Source: Octopus vulgaris
Lineage: Eukaryota
Assembly: GCA_951406725.2 (NCBI GenBank)
Contig: OX597818.1
Location: forward strand, 70,370,001-70,434,000
Length of the DNA stretch: 64,000 bases
Direction: 5' to 3'
Shown here: one piece after another, positions 25,121-39,646 of the stretch
Numbering within the stretch: position 1 is the stretch's first letter
How the letters are laid out: each line of letters opens with the position of its first letter
Translations under genes and position numbers: made by a program
The notes under the pieces: generated by a model
Databases searched by the model: none
Seen by the model: the letters and a program-made list of their open reading frames with translations, nothing else
What the model was told of the DNA's origin: nothing

Positions 25121-25454
25121 GTTAATCCATCAATTAAACCCTGTACGTTATTCTTTGAATGGAGTCTGCTCTTTTATCTGCTTTCCTCCATTTGGTCAGG
25201 TCAAGGGGGAGGGTTCATAGAACCAATATTGATCTGTTGTATATCTTCTCTCAATCAATCAATACATATCCAATGTTTCTGTGGTCATCACCTGTTTTGT
25301 CAGGCTTTTATGACTGTATTCACTTCTGATGACATATTACTGTGTGCCACCTGCCCATAACAGGCATGAGGTGTGCCTCACACAGCTTTTCAGTGAAGAG
25401 TCACGTCTCTTCCACGTGTCTTTTGTGATATTAATGTTGGAGATCATCAATAAC

Positions 25455-25526
<72 letters not shown>

Positions 25527-26742
25527 GGTGGTATGGAAAAATGAGCTGTAATAGCACTTGATTGCATCCACCATTTGTTGGTGATTCCCTGCTCCTAGCA
25601 GATGACCTCTTTGCACCACTCAGGTGACAGCCCTCCAAACCATGGGTCTGCTAGTGAGGACTTTATGAGGTTAGAGCGCAAAACCTCTTTTCGTCACCTT
25701 CCACAACATGTAGAGGAAACGCTGGGTCTGGTCTTTGACATGCCAGTCTCCATACAACACAATAACAGTAAAAATTCATTAATGAATTGATAAAGATGAT
25801 GATGGTCGTTATCATCATCATTGACATCATCATTTTTATGCCTGTTTCTCCATGTTTACAAGGGTTCGACTTATCCTTCCAACAGAGCATCCTGCCACTT
25901 GCAGTGTTTCTTTAGCATCTCTTATGAGTTTCAGCTTCCTGAGATCTGTCTTCAGCATTTCTTCTCAGGTCATCCTTGGTCGTTTTGCTTTCATGGGTTC
26001 CCTTTACATCAATCATTTCTTCACACCATATCTTATCCTCTCTCTTTATTTAGCCACACCCTCACAGCCATCGCTCTCCTCCTTTCTCTCAGCTCATCCC
26101 TGCTTCATCGTTCATGTCCACTAATATTACACATCCTCATCATTTCTCTCCAACTTTTGCAAATCTTCCCCATTTAGTGCCCACCCCTCACTACGATTTG
26201 GGCTTGCAATTTCTGCACAAGTATCATACAATCTACTCTTCTCTTAGACTGAGAATCCCAGTAGAGTTTATAATTCCCTTACCTTTTTCAACCCTGTTTT
26301 AACTCTGGCTGTTTTCAAAACACCACCACTACCAACAACAACCTACCTACTTCTTATTAAGTTACCTTGGTAACAGAAGCTATCGACAGTTTCTATAAAG
26401 TCACCTGAGCATTACCTGGAATATATTTCACTGGTGCTGTGAGGGTTCATTGCTACTTTTGCACATCTGCCACATCTTAATTCACTGTCAGCCTACCTGT
26501 AATTCCACCACAACTCTTGCACACATTAACGATGATGATGATGATGATGATGATGGCAATGACGATGATGATGATGATGATCTATACTTGTTCTGAACTC
26601 AGGTTAACGAATTTAGGTGAAAGTGTAAATAATTTGTTTCCAGATACTTTACATATATAACTGACTTTGCAGCTACTAACAAATATTTTATCACCTTCAC
26701 TCACCATTATCACTGGTGCTGCTATTACTACTAGCAATAATG

Positions 26743-26790
<48 letters not shown>

Positions 26791-26924
26791 CTATAAAAAC
26801 AGTATTTTGCCATAGCTCCTGGGAATAATCATAAAATGATGAATTGCAAGTACATTTCCACTGATAAAGAAATGAAACAAAACAAATTATCATTATCACT
26901 GCTTTGTTGTTGCTGTTGTTTGTG

Positions 26925-26955
<31 letters not shown>

Positions 26956-27650
26956 TCCTTTTGTTTTTCCCATACATTTGATTTCTCTTCAAACCTCCAC
27001 GCTTTTTGCGACCTGTCCCGGTAATGTCCCCTCATCCATCGCACTTGTGGCAACAAAAGATCATTATTATTATTATTATTATTATTACTATTATTATTAT
27101 TATTATTACTATTATTATTATTAGTGTTGTTGTTGTTGTTATTAAGGCATTAACATTATTGCTTTTATTTCAGAATAATTTGGTCCTTCAGTAAGTAATC
27201 AAGTAATTGGATGAACGCTTTCCTCTTTGACTACCATATTCTCTAAACTTGGCTTCCAAAATGTTCTGAGAAGTTTTAGAATACATAGATATACATATCT
27301 ATTTATAAACACACACACACACAATGATATATATGTGTGCTTTTGCTGTTGTTATTAGTGGAGTGGAGGTGATAGCTTTATGTTTTACCTTCAGCAATTA
27401 TTTTCTTTCTTTTTTTTCCTTCCTGTTGCTGTTTCTTTGATTTAACAACGTGAAAGAGGTGTGGTGGACAGTGAAAGGGCGGATGGAAGAAAAGAAGGCA
27501 CTTTTTAAAAAAGTTTATTTCTTCCTGATTTTGTCTTTTTCCTGAAACATGTCTTTTTGGCATTTTACTTATTCTTCATTTGTTATATTTTCCTCATAAC
27601 TTAACATGTTAAGGTAAAGCAGAGTTAAATATAAGACGAAATATCGCAAA

Positions 27651-27748
27651 TAGATATAAAGATAGATATAAATATATATAGATATAAAGATAGATATAAA
27701 TATATATAGATATAAAGACAGATATAAATATATATAAATATAAAGATA
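27651..27748. repeat. 28-bp minisatellite, about 3.5 copies
   Basis: Unit tagatataaagatagatataaatatata. Confidence 0.85.
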
Positions 27749-28046
27749 TTAATCTCGTGGGTTTAGTTTGGTCCGTGTTGGGCTTCAAATATAAAATCTG
27801 TCCGATTCCCTTCAATAAATAGTCTACTGTAATCTATTCTTCTATACTAAACTTCGTCAAATGTTTTCTGTTGTTTCTAATTCCAATGGAGGAAGAATAA
27901 TGAAGTAAGCATGACTGGGAGGTAAAGACAATTGCTTAGTCACATGATCTCAGGTTCAGTTCCATTGTGCTGCATCTTAGGCAAGACTCTTCTACTATAA
28001 CCCCAGGCTGAATAATACTGTGTTAATAGATTTGATAAAAGGAAGG

Positions 28047-28165
28047 TGCAGGTTCTGGGTTCAGTCCCACTGCATAGTAACTTGGGCAAGTGTCCTCTGT
28101 TGTAGCCTCGGATTAACCAAAGCCTTGTGAGTAGATTTGGTAGACGGAAACTGAAAGAAGCCTGT

Positions 28166-28215
<50 letters not shown>

Positions 28216-28306
28216 ATGTCACCAACGCTTCACAACCAGTGTTGGTGTATTTATGTCCCCACAACTAGCGGTTCAGCAAAAGAGACTGGTAGAATAAGTA
28301 CTAGGC
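28047..28306 (+). mobile_element. SINE family 1 copy, 3'-truncated
   Basis: B box gggttcagtccc, body, internal (TG)n; ends at aagtactaggc. Confidence 0.88.
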
Positions 28307-28852
28307 AGAACCACTAAGTTACAGGGATGAAAACACACCCACATCGGTTGTCAAGCGATGGTGGTGTAACAAATACAGACACACAAACACACACACATAT
28401 ATACATATATATGTATGCCAGCACTGCCTTGACTGGCTTCTGTGCCGGTGGCACGTAAAAAGCACCAACCAATCGTGACCGCTGCCAGACTCCCCTGGCA
28501 CCTGTGCCGGTGGCACATAAAAAGCACCCACTACACTCACGGAGTGGTTGGTGTTAGGAAGGGCATCCAGCTGTAGAAACACTGCCAGATCAGACTGGAG
28601 CCTGGTGCAGCCTCCTGGCTTCCCAGACCCCGGTCGAACCGTCCAACCCATGCTAGCACGGAAAACGGACGTTAAATGATGATGATATATATATATATAT
28701 ATACGACAGGCTTCTTTCAGTTTCCATCTACCAAATCCACTCACAAAGCTTTGGTCAGTCTGAGGCTGTTGTAGAGAACACTTGCCCAAGGTGTCACACA
28801 GTGAGACTGAACCCAGAACCACGTGGTCGGTGAGCAATCTACTTACCACACA
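28307..28852 (-). mobile_element. SINE family 1 copy in opposite orientation, interrupted by an RTE 3' fragment (+, ~28415-28686)
   Basis: Reverse-complement body at 28307-28400 and 28702-28852; RTE UTR with (ATG)n tail lies in its internal microsatellite. Confidence 0.88.
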
Positions 28853-28858
28853 ACACAC

Positions 28859-28896
<38 letters not shown>

Positions 28897-28901
28897 ATAC
28901 A

Positions 28902-30085
28902 CACAGACTATGCAAAAATAAAGAGACACCTTTATATTGTTAAAATTTATTTAAATCTGAAATCATACATTCAAATTATTTATTAATTATTATAATGTGA
29001 TTATATAGTATTTAGTAGACATGCCATGTGCATTGTTCAATGCAAGGACCCTATTAGGCATGCTACTTATCAAATGACGAATATTCTCTTGAGGAATTTC
29101 TTGTCAAGTTTTAGGCAGTAATCTCAAAAGATCTGGCTTTGGGAATGCTTTTTTTTTACAAAGTGTCCTGTCCATTATGCCCCAGAAGAGATCAGTTGGG
29201 TTCATATCTGTTGACTGGCTTGGCCATGGGAGCTTTTTAATGCCATTCTCTTCCAACCAATCTTGGGTCTTTTTAAGCCAAGTGACAAGGATCCCCATCT
29301 TCTAGAAATAGTCTTCTTTAATAATTTCACCACTGGAGAAGACTGGAGGGAGTCCTTTCTGTGATATGGACGCATATGTATCTGAGTTTGTGTTTTCCTC
29401 ACACTCCACCAGCTCTGATTGACCGTTGCTCCAAATTGCCTCCCAGACCATCACATAATTGCCCATTTTTCATTGTTGGTTGCAGTCTTTTCACGTAAAA
29501 TTTTTGATCACAGACTCCAGACCCACACTTTACCACAGTCAGAAAATAAAGCAAATCTAGACTCATCAGAGAATATGACAGTGTCCCAAAGTGCTAGTGG
29601 CCTCTCCACCATTTCACTGGCCCAATCTATACTCCGCTTGATATTGGCTGGTCAAAAATGTTGCTTCCTTCTTGCAGTTCTGCTATAGTCCGTGAAGATA
29701 CTCGACTCTGCTATGTCAGAGGCCTTGCAACAAGAATTATCCTCCACATCCTGTCAGATGGCCTTGGTCAACTTGGGCGAGGTGATTTGGACTCTTCCTG
29801 CTGTCTGGAAAATTGCACCCTCACTCTATTAACTGTAGAAAGAGGGATCCCAAGGTTTCCTGCGATTTTACACTGATTAAGTCCACCTTCAGATTGACCT
29901 ACAATATGGCCTCTTTGAAATTTGGACTGTTCCAAGGCTTCTTTTGTACATGGCATGATTAAACGGTCACATATAGAACCTGAAACATATAAATGTCAAT
30001 TAATAAAAAATATAAACCTTTTCAAGTTAAAATAAGTGTAATACGATGTTTTATGGTGTGTCTATTTACTTCTGTCATGTCTGTG
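28902..30085 (-). mobile_element. Decayed Tc1-like transposon
   Basis: Imperfect TIRs cacagac...agacac(c). N-terminal HTH-like ORF 29768-29956 (FQRGHIVG...[14 protein letters not shown]), WDTVIFSDESRF at ~29551-29588, LPWPSQSTDMNP at ~29200. Confidence 0.88.
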
Positions 30086-30346
30086 TAAATATAATATGTT
30101 TATATGTATTAGCATGTCTGTCTTGATGTTCATCCTACCACCACTTGGCAAATGGTGTTGGTTGATTCGTTTTTATCCCTATAACTTATCAGTTCTGTTT
30201 AAGAGACTGACAGTATAAGTGTCTTAAAAATATAAAGTACTGTGGTCTATTTAATCAAGTAAGCCTTTCTAAGGAGTGCTCCAGCAGGGCCACAGTGAAA
30301 CTTGTAAAAGTATAAAACAATAAGAATATCCAAGCAAAGTGGAGGG

Positions 30347-30438
30347 ACCGACTGTAAGCCCTTTGCAAGTGGAGATTTGCAGTGGAGGTTCAACCGACTG
30401 TAAGCCCTTTGCAAGTGTAGATTTGCAGTGGAGGTTCA
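30347..30438. repeat. 46-bp tandem duplication, 1 mismatch
   Basis: accgactgtaagccctttgcaagtg(g/t)agatttgcagtggaggttca x2. Confidence 0.95.
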
Positions 30439-32036
30439 ATTCTTCATTACCACCATTTCTCTTGTGTTGCTGTTTCAAGTAGGGTTGAATAAAAGCTTTT
30501 GTCAGCCGTGTTTAGATCAGACGCCCTTTCTCAAGCCTGTTGTCTTAGCTGCTTCCTCATGACATGCAGGAATATAGTGGACCTATTCTAAAATCCACGT
30601 GCATCATATTTTTATTATTATTGTTATTATTAAGAATCGTATCACTTTTTTGTTTTCTCATGTCTATGATTTTCTGGCCAAAATCAATCCCATGGAGAGA
30701 ATCACAACCCAAAAACTGGTTTTCCCTCCATAAAAAGATGCAACATCATTCAATGATGTTGCAATGAACTATAAAATCATCATCTACTTTTTATGTCCAT
30801 TTTCTAAGTTTGAAAGGATTGATTTGAGAGGATCCAATGAATCTGATGACTGCTTTGTGCTCCACTGTTTGCTTTGGCATGGCTTCTACTGTTGGATGCC
30901 CTTCCTAATGCCAGCCACTTTGCAGAGTGGGGTGGGTGCTTTTCACATGGCACCATTACAGAGTGTACTAGACTTCTTGTGATTATGGTGTTATTTATGT
31001 CAAAAGAAAAGCAATGAGTTTGATTCTTTGCTTTGCAACCCTTCACTTTCTTTTGCTTTTCACAAGTTGATGGAAGATACAGAAAGCAAAAAGTGTTTGC
31101 CACCATAATCAAAAGCACGTGATTTGTTTATAGAATCCAGACTTGATTTTGTCAAACTTTGTTCCGTCAATATTCCATTAACACGTTTGTTACTATTCTT
31201 ATATATAAACACCTTATTAATTTAAGCTTGTCATTAACTAAGTTAGAAGGAGGCTTTTGAGTTATGTAACAGATGTATATGTTTCTTTAATCAATAAGTG
31301 AGTTTGCTTGATTAATCTGTGCATGTTGGGGGGTGTGTGTGTGTGTACATACCATATGCACACGTGGTTGCATGCATATGTTCATTCTTGGTAACTTTGG
31401 AATGTTCTACAAATTTTGGGGGGGTCAATTTTCTTTGTTCTTTCTTCAAAAATCTCAATATTTCAAGGCTTTCATGTATATATTTTGTTAGAATAACCCA
31501 CCATATATAATATGTTCAAATGAAAATCTCTGCAAGAGCTGTACGTTCAGTATTAGTTAAGGCATTTCTCTTTGTTGGGCAGCTGATCTCAATGCCCAAC
31601 ATGACTTTTCTTGCTGCAACATAGGACAGTGTCAAGTCTGGAGGGATGCTTATATTTGAAGGTTCAACAAGTAATCTTTATTTTTAAAGGTGTTAATACA
31701 TCCTGGTTCTAGTGGGACTTGGCAGTGACCAAAAGAGCAATCCTTCTTGAAGACAACATGGAAAATAATTTTAGTAGCAGTGTCATGTTTTAAGGGAAAA
31801 TAGTTTCTTGGAAACATTTTTGAGCAGATCATTATGATGTGGGTGGAGATACGTTCCTTATGGGTATGGCACAATCAACACTTTATCTGTGTATTTACGA
31901 GAAGGTAGCACCTCGCAGATCATTTTTGAAGCAGTTACAAATGGTGGGCGGAATATTTTCTACATTGGTATGACACAATCAACATTTTCTATGTATGTAT
32001 TTATAAGTATATGTATGTATGTTTATGGATATATAA

Positions 32037-32077
<41 letters not shown>

Positions 32078-32724
32078 AATATGTGTGTAGAAACTTAGTG
32101 TGTGTCTGTGTATGTGGATATTGTTGCTATTTGCAAAGAGTAACAAGATTGTAAGGCATGCTTTCTGAAAACGTCCAATATTTTGTGAAAGGAAATACCT
32201 CATTCAGTGTTTATGAAATATTCCATCAGATTATTGGAGTTAAAGAGAAAATAGTATGATTTAGAAAACATAAAACATTTTGCATGCTTAACTCATTTTC
32301 TTTTTCAGTTAATTCAATTTCTTCAAAGCCATTTTATGTGCAGACAGCTTAGCTTTCTTGAGAATTTAATGGTGGGGAAATCTTGTGTGAGACGATACAA
32401 AATTCACATTGATTGGAAGCAATAACGAAGGAGTAATGAAAGAAAGGAAACGATGAGTAGAAACAGGAGGAAATGAGAAGAAAGAATTAAATTAATGATA
32501 AAAATATTTCAAAATCATCAATTATTAGATCGAAATTAATTTTTCCATTTTCTCTCTCTCTCCTACTCCCCCTCTCTCCCCTCCCACTTTAGGTTCCTCT
32601 CCCTCCTCTCTGTATATATATATATATTCATAGATAGGTATATAGGCAGGTAGAAAGACGGACAGACAGACAGATAGATAGATAAACAGACACACACATA
32701 TCCATGCATGTGTGTGTGCCACTC

Positions 32725-32755
<31 letters not shown>

Positions 32756-35129
32756 CAAATACACATATACACACATGCACACACACACATAACAATTTAT
32801 ATGTATTTTCACCTGTAGACTTTAACAACACCATATAATAAATGCCAATGTTCAAATTTCTAAAGATTTCAATGCTAATATTTCTTCGAGGAAGGACTGA
32901 AGTGATATGATATTGTAGAGAGAAATAATCTGAGCATTTTACTTTTAATTTTATATTTTCTGACATGCAATCTTCTCCCAATGTTTAGTAGATATCTTTC
33001 AGCTTTTTTAAACATATCACAGGGGGAAATTAGTTACAACTAGTTGCTATTTTAAAAGAAATGGTAAATTTTGAATGGAGCTGAACTGTAACCAGTGGCG
33101 ATAATAATGGTGTGGATGAAGATAAATAACATTGCATTCTTTGATCAGGGTTACTGATTATTAGAATGGCGCTTGCAGAGGAATTGGTTGGCAAAAAAAT
33201 AAAAAGAAAAACAGTTTGGTTGTAAATAAATGAAAAGTTTTAATATTATTTTTAATATTAGTGAATATTCGTCTGGTGAAGAATTATTGCTTTTATTTTC
33301 AGGATCAGTTTCTGTAGAGTAGTTCTTTTATGACTTTACCTTTTTTTTTATATTATTTCATTTATTTATAGAATTTTCTTTTTGTTTTGTTTTTGTGCCA
33401 TATCTTTACTCTGATGTCTATTTCTGCTGAGACAAGGTTGTTATTCTATGAATATTTCCATAGGTTCTCCAACTTATCTATCACATAGATACATAGACAC
33501 ACACACACACACACATATTTGTGTGGCTTGTGTGTGTGTGTGTGTGTGTGTGTATGTTGCATTGAAGATAACCAAGTAATTGTGTTGAGCACATCATAGC
33601 GTTTGTGTGAGTTTGTCTCTGTTCTAAATGGTCTCTATTTACATTATTATCATTTGTTCAAATTCACGTTGGGATTATTATGGTTAAATAGAAGAAAAAA
33701 CATTTTAGCAACTTCAAATGACTCGGTGTTATATGCTGTAGTATTTATACAGCATCATTATGGCTTTCACTTCAACTTTTCTATTCCTGCATGGACCAGA
33801 TAAAATTTGTCTTGATAGATTTTTCTATGGCCAGATGCCCTTGCTGTCAGCAACCCTCACCTGTTCCTAAGCAAGATAATATTTTTCCTAGTCCTTCAAA
33901 CACAAAGAGCATTAGGGGTAGACATGTTATCACAGAATATTGCAAATGAACGTCACCACTTGTATGGTGGGGATGTTCGTTTACAATTAATGTATGACCT
34001 CAAGACAAGGAGACACACGCATATGCACATATGTGTGCACACACTCACACACACACACACACAACAGGTTTCTGTCTATCAAATTCATTCACAAGACTTT
34101 GATAGCCTCAGGCTGTGCATGAGGACACTTGTTCAATGTGCTGCACAGTGGGACTGAACAGGAAACTTCTGGATTCAAAGGCTTTTACATATTTGGAAGT
34201 TTGAACCAAGATGACTAGAAACACCTCTACATCTCTTATATACAGCAGAATATTTTTAAAGTGTGTATTTCCAGCAGCTTATTACCATTTTAAATATTCA
34301 TTATTATTATGATTATTATTATCATTATTGGTTTTGCTATCATCATTGTTTCTCTCATCCTCCATCATCTTCATCATCTTCATCATCATCATCATCATCA
34401 TCTGTTCATTTACTGATTAGAAATAAAATTACCATTAAACAAAATAAAAAAAAAATGCTCTCTTTCGGAACGCTGACAAGAAAGAGTTTTGTATCCCTGT
34501 TTGATAATGAAAGTTTAAATTAAATGAACTCTCTAACGACACTGTTTAATGAACCAGGAATATTGTTATATTTCTAAATCTGTAACTGATCAGAAAAATA
34601 AAGGTGTTAATTTCGGGGTCATTTGATAACTGTATTTTTATCTTTTCTTCTTCCATTTTTCTCTCTCTAAATATTTGATACGTTTAAATTAAGCTGCTGT
34701 TTATTATTGGTTAACATTCCTAATCGACTTGGAAAATGTCTAGATCTGACAAGGGTCTCTTGATTTAAAACATAATTATTTCTCTCCAAAGAAAATGATA
34801 AAATTATCTGTCTGGAAAATTATAAATAATAATTTTTTTCTTCTTTCATAATCTATAATATGACTAAGAGGCTATCTTTTGTTCCATATACATATAATGG
34901 CAGACAACATTATAAAGGAAAGCAGCTGTCAAACCATTACTTCATTTTGTATACTGCAATCTTCAGTTCATAGATGTCAACGATGTAACATTAGATATGA
35001 AAACAACAGAAGGAGCACACGGAGGTTTATCAAAATGAAATATCATGCTAGGCATGGAGCTTCAGACAGTCTCTTCTTAACACCCAACAGGCATTACTTT
35101 CTTAAACATAATAGTGATGGAACCACATA

Positions 35130-35340
35130 AGAAAAAGCACCTGTGCTGGTGCCTTGTACTGGTACTGGTGTCACATAAAAAGCACCCAGTATACTCTGTA
35201 AAGTGGTTAGTGTTAGGAAGGGCATCCAACTGTAGGAACCATGATGCCAAAACAGGCTATGGAACCAGCTCCTATCAAAGAGTCCAACCCATGCCAGCAT
35301 TGAAAACAGAGTTAAATGATGATGATGATTATGATGATAA
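35130..35340 (+). mobile_element. RTE-related 3' end fragment, diverged
   Basis: cacataaaaagcaccc...gttaggaagggcatcc...caacccatgccagc...gttaaatgatgat. Confidence 0.75.
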
Positions 35341-36007
35341 GTAATCTTTCTCTAAAATAAAGAGTGTACTCCACCACGTAAGGGTTTGGCAGTTGTTTTA
35401 CCTTTCATTTCAATACCCGCTATTACACGGACATGAAATGAAAGATTGCCACATGCACAGGTTTCACTCTTTCCCAATCTATTTGGAAACACCTTTCCTT
35501 GAATACAAGAATCTTCTGGAAAGACAATTTATTTGCTTAGTCACATGAAGAAAACATTTTGTATTTTATTTTTTATCACTACTAAGATGTATAAATGTCC
35601 TTAAAGGAACCAGAAGTTAAAAAAATCCATCTAATTTTGAGTGTGTGTGTGTGTGTGCGTGTGTGTGTGTGTGTGTGTGCGTGTGTGTGTGTGTGAAAGA
35701 GCAAGAGAGAGAGAACAATAGACACAAAAAACAATGGAACGTGTAAGTTGTAACCCAATCATCAAGAAAGGTGATGGTTAAACCTCGGTAACCTTAGGCT
35801 ATGTGGGTTGCCTAGAAAATGTGGAATAGTTTACCTTGGAATTTTATCTCCTTTATTTATAAATACATCAACTAAATTAAATTTCGAGTTGCCAATTAGT
35901 GCTGAATCAATTTCATTTGCTATGAGCAATTATTGCACTATTGTAGTCGGGATACGCAGTTCAGGTGAGCCAGGTAATCTTTTACGTTTTGTAGAGCTGT
36001 TCTTGTT

Positions 36008-36010
<3 letters not shown>

Positions 36011-36087
<77 letters not shown>

Positions 36088-36119
36088 CGTTATTGTTATT
36101 ATTATTATTATTATTGTTA

Positions 36120-36189
<70 letters not shown>

Positions 36190-36215
36190 CGTTATTGTTA
36201 TTATCATTATTGTTA
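36011..36215. repeat. Long (ATT)n microsatellite
   Basis: Direct observation. Confidence 0.97.
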
Positions 36216-39200
36216 TACCACCAACATAGTGATAAATATTTCAAATGGGCCAATGACTCTTTTAGACTTGTGTTTTTTGTTGTTGTTGTTGCTCTTCTTC
36301 TTCTTCTTCTTCTTCTTCTTCTTCTTCTTGCTGTTGTTGTTGTTGTTTCTCATCATCATCATCTGGAATCTATTTTCTGAAAGGGAATTTTTCTGTGACT
36401 AGCGGCAAAAGAGGTGTCTAGAGATTTGTTTCCTTTTTCTTTCTTGCTGTCTTTCAACTGATATATCTAACCCTATGTTACTTACAAAGAATTTAGCTTC
36501 TTTTTTGTTTTCTTTTTCCCCATTCAATGCAAAAGATTTTTAAACAACAAAAGACATAATATATTCACTAGAGAAAGACATGTAAAAAAAAAAATATTAA
36601 ATTCGCAAGAGAAATTCTCTTTTTTTATTTCCATAGCAATTCCCCCTCCCCCTTTTTTATTAAAAATATGATTTGATACAAAATTTAAAATTTTCATATC
36701 TTCCACTATATGATGCCAGCATACTTCATAAATATATATATATATATTGTAGATATATTTATATTTTTTTGTTCTTATTATTTCTGTATGTTTTCTATTT
36801 CCATTTTTTGACTTGCTGAAAAAAAAATAAATGTTAGATGTTAGATAAGAGAAATACTATTATGATTATTATTTTCTTTCTTTCTGTCTTTTTTAGATTC
36901 TTGTTCAAATACGGTCGGTTAGTTTTTTTAGTAACAAAAGCATTGAATTGCACTTCATATACGAAGCTAAAGGGAAAATGAATGAAAGGCAAAGAAAAGC
37001 TCCGGCAGAGTTATTATTAGTGAACAGCCAAAATTATCCGCATGATTAGATTAAGCTATGGTAAGTGACATTCAATCAGTTAATAGAATTCATAGTGACA
37101 TGTAAACACAGCGAGAGAAGAATGAAATACAGTTTTCCATGAAAGAACTTAACAACATTGTTCTCTCCTTGTAATATAGCTGTATTACTGTTGTTGTTGT
37201 TGTTGATGTTGAGAGAGAATCTATATTTTCTCTATCAACTGTTACATTAGGTGCTGATAGTTTCTTTTCTTTTTCTTTTTTTTTTCCTTTTTTTGTCTTC
37301 TCAGAAATCACTTTTAAATTATGTTTTCTTTTGTCTATTGTTAAATGCAGAACATTTCATGCAAATATTGCCAGAATGTGTGTTAGACATTTAACCTTGC
37401 CGCTGCAAGTTTGGTCGTTTTGGGGGTTTTTTTTTTAGTTTTGGAGGGGTTTCTTTGTTTGTTTTTTGGCTTTGTTGTTGTTTTCTGTGTAGTTGTATTT
37501 TTTGTGTCTTTATTTAATTATTATTAATTTTCTTTCATCATTGTCATGTTCCAGTTATTGTGCTGCCTGTGAGGTCAAGAGTCCACTAAACCTAGTCACT
37601 CATCATCATCAACTTAGCACAAATTCTGTCATCCTCACCACCACCACAATTGTTGTCATCATCATCATCACCATTGCCATCATAATCTTCATCACCACCA
37701 TCATCATCATAATGCTCAGTTTGCCAGTGAGGTGAATGAGTTGAATGAGTGCTGAGTACACCATGCCACTCCACCCCTTTTGCTCTCTCTCTTCTCCGTC
37801 TGCCCAGTATCCTAACATCTAATCTCAGAACATGTCTCTGTGCTTGTCTGAGATTCCTCCTTTAAATGGCACATCTTCCACTTCTATCTCATTTCCTATG
37901 AACATCAAGTCAGCAAGAGCAACCTGTTGGACATGAGCAAGCTAAAAGCCACAAGTGGTCGAAGATTTACAAGGGAAGGTCATTCACATCTCCCTCGTCA
38001 TCTTCTAAAAGGAAGAACATATTGGATAATATAGTCCTAGATATATTATGCCAAAAGACAACAACAATTGCTTGCGTACATTTACTGAATCATCATCATC
38101 ATCATCATCATTTTAACGTCCATTTCTCCACATTTGCATGGGTCAGATGGCATTTGTTGAGGCAGATGTTCAACAGCTGGATACTCTAACTGTCACACAC
38201 CTCTTACTGTTGCATGATACCAAGGCAAAGAAGCACAAACTCACAACACACACACATATAAAATATGCATACATATATACATACATATACTCACACATAT
38301 GGTGACTGTCAACTCCTAGTTGAGTAGGAACATCACTGGCAAATTATCCTAGATGTTAAAGACAACGACCATCAGCAATGCCTATGCTGAAACTTGAAGT
38401 CCATAACTGCTCCCTAACTTCTTGCACAACACCACTGAGACCCTCACTGAGAAAGCCAAGGAGTCAACAAACAAGCAAGAACAACATCTTTTTTCCAAGA
38501 AGGTGTTATTTTGAAATGTCCTTCTCCTTCTATAAAGATATCTAAACAAAGACCAGAAATCTTTCAATTTCAGCAGTTGGATGGCCCTTGACTCCACTGA
38601 ATTCATCCATCCTTTGATAGGTTTTGTTGTTCCTCCTGCAGACGGTCCAATGAAAGACCACCCTCCTTGCTAAGCAGACTTGGTAAGGTTACCAATGACC
38701 CAGCCATGCAACAGATTGTATTAGGTTATATTGGGTTATCCGGAAAGTTCATGCCAGTTTATGGTAGCTTACCTTTCGACTTACCCTCCCAGGCACCTCA
38801 ATTCTGGGAAGAGGGTATTTTCAAGATAAAGGAGAGATGATGACGATTTGTGCAACAAAATGGTTCATATTTGGCTGGTTAAAAATGTAATGGCAAGTAT
38901 TTATTGACCTTTTTCTTTCGTTTAAAAATCAGCATGAGCTTTCCGGACAACCCAATATTTTACCAGTGCCACCAAGAGTGGCCTGACCTACATTGGCTAG
39001 CCACATATGGAATTTGAAGAGCAGCTCCATACCACATACAATTAAGTGGAGAATAGTGGGGATCTAAGAAATGCAATTTATGCATAGCAGAAAGATCTCG
39101 TATTCTTCTTTGAGCCAGCAATGCCAAAACACCGCTTAATTTGAGATCTGAGATTTTTAGCAGGTGTAGACACATGGACAGGTTCCTTTTATCGAATAGG

Positions 39201-39546
39201 AGAGCTCCACGCACTCCAGACTGAGTTGCTATTTCATAGACTTTGACATATTTTCTTGTTATTTTGTTCTAAACCAGTTGTATTAATGAGTTTTCTACAA
39301 TCAGGAAGGACAAGGATCATAGTTCTTGATTTGATTTCTTTTTTCATGTTCTATTTTTCGTACCAACCTTCTTCATGGTTTTTCCACATTTTTTCTCATT
39401 TTCTTACTGTCCAGCGTCCTTGTTTTTAAAAATTTTATATAACACATAAAGAGAGCCTGAAAGATTGCTTTGAGGTACATGGCATATCATATAAATATGC
39501 CTGTCAAGTATCATAATAGCATGAAACTATTTGTAGCTCTTTTGGT

Positions 39547-39591
<45 letters not shown>

Positions 39592-39614
39592 ATATATATA
39601 TATATATATACATG

Positions 39615-39646
<32 letters not shown>

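Noticed and set aside
38940-39440. Possible pogo/Tigger transposase relic on the minus strand
   Set aside because: Only a vague resemblance to a CENP-B-type HTH; no catalytic motif or TIR could be confirmed.
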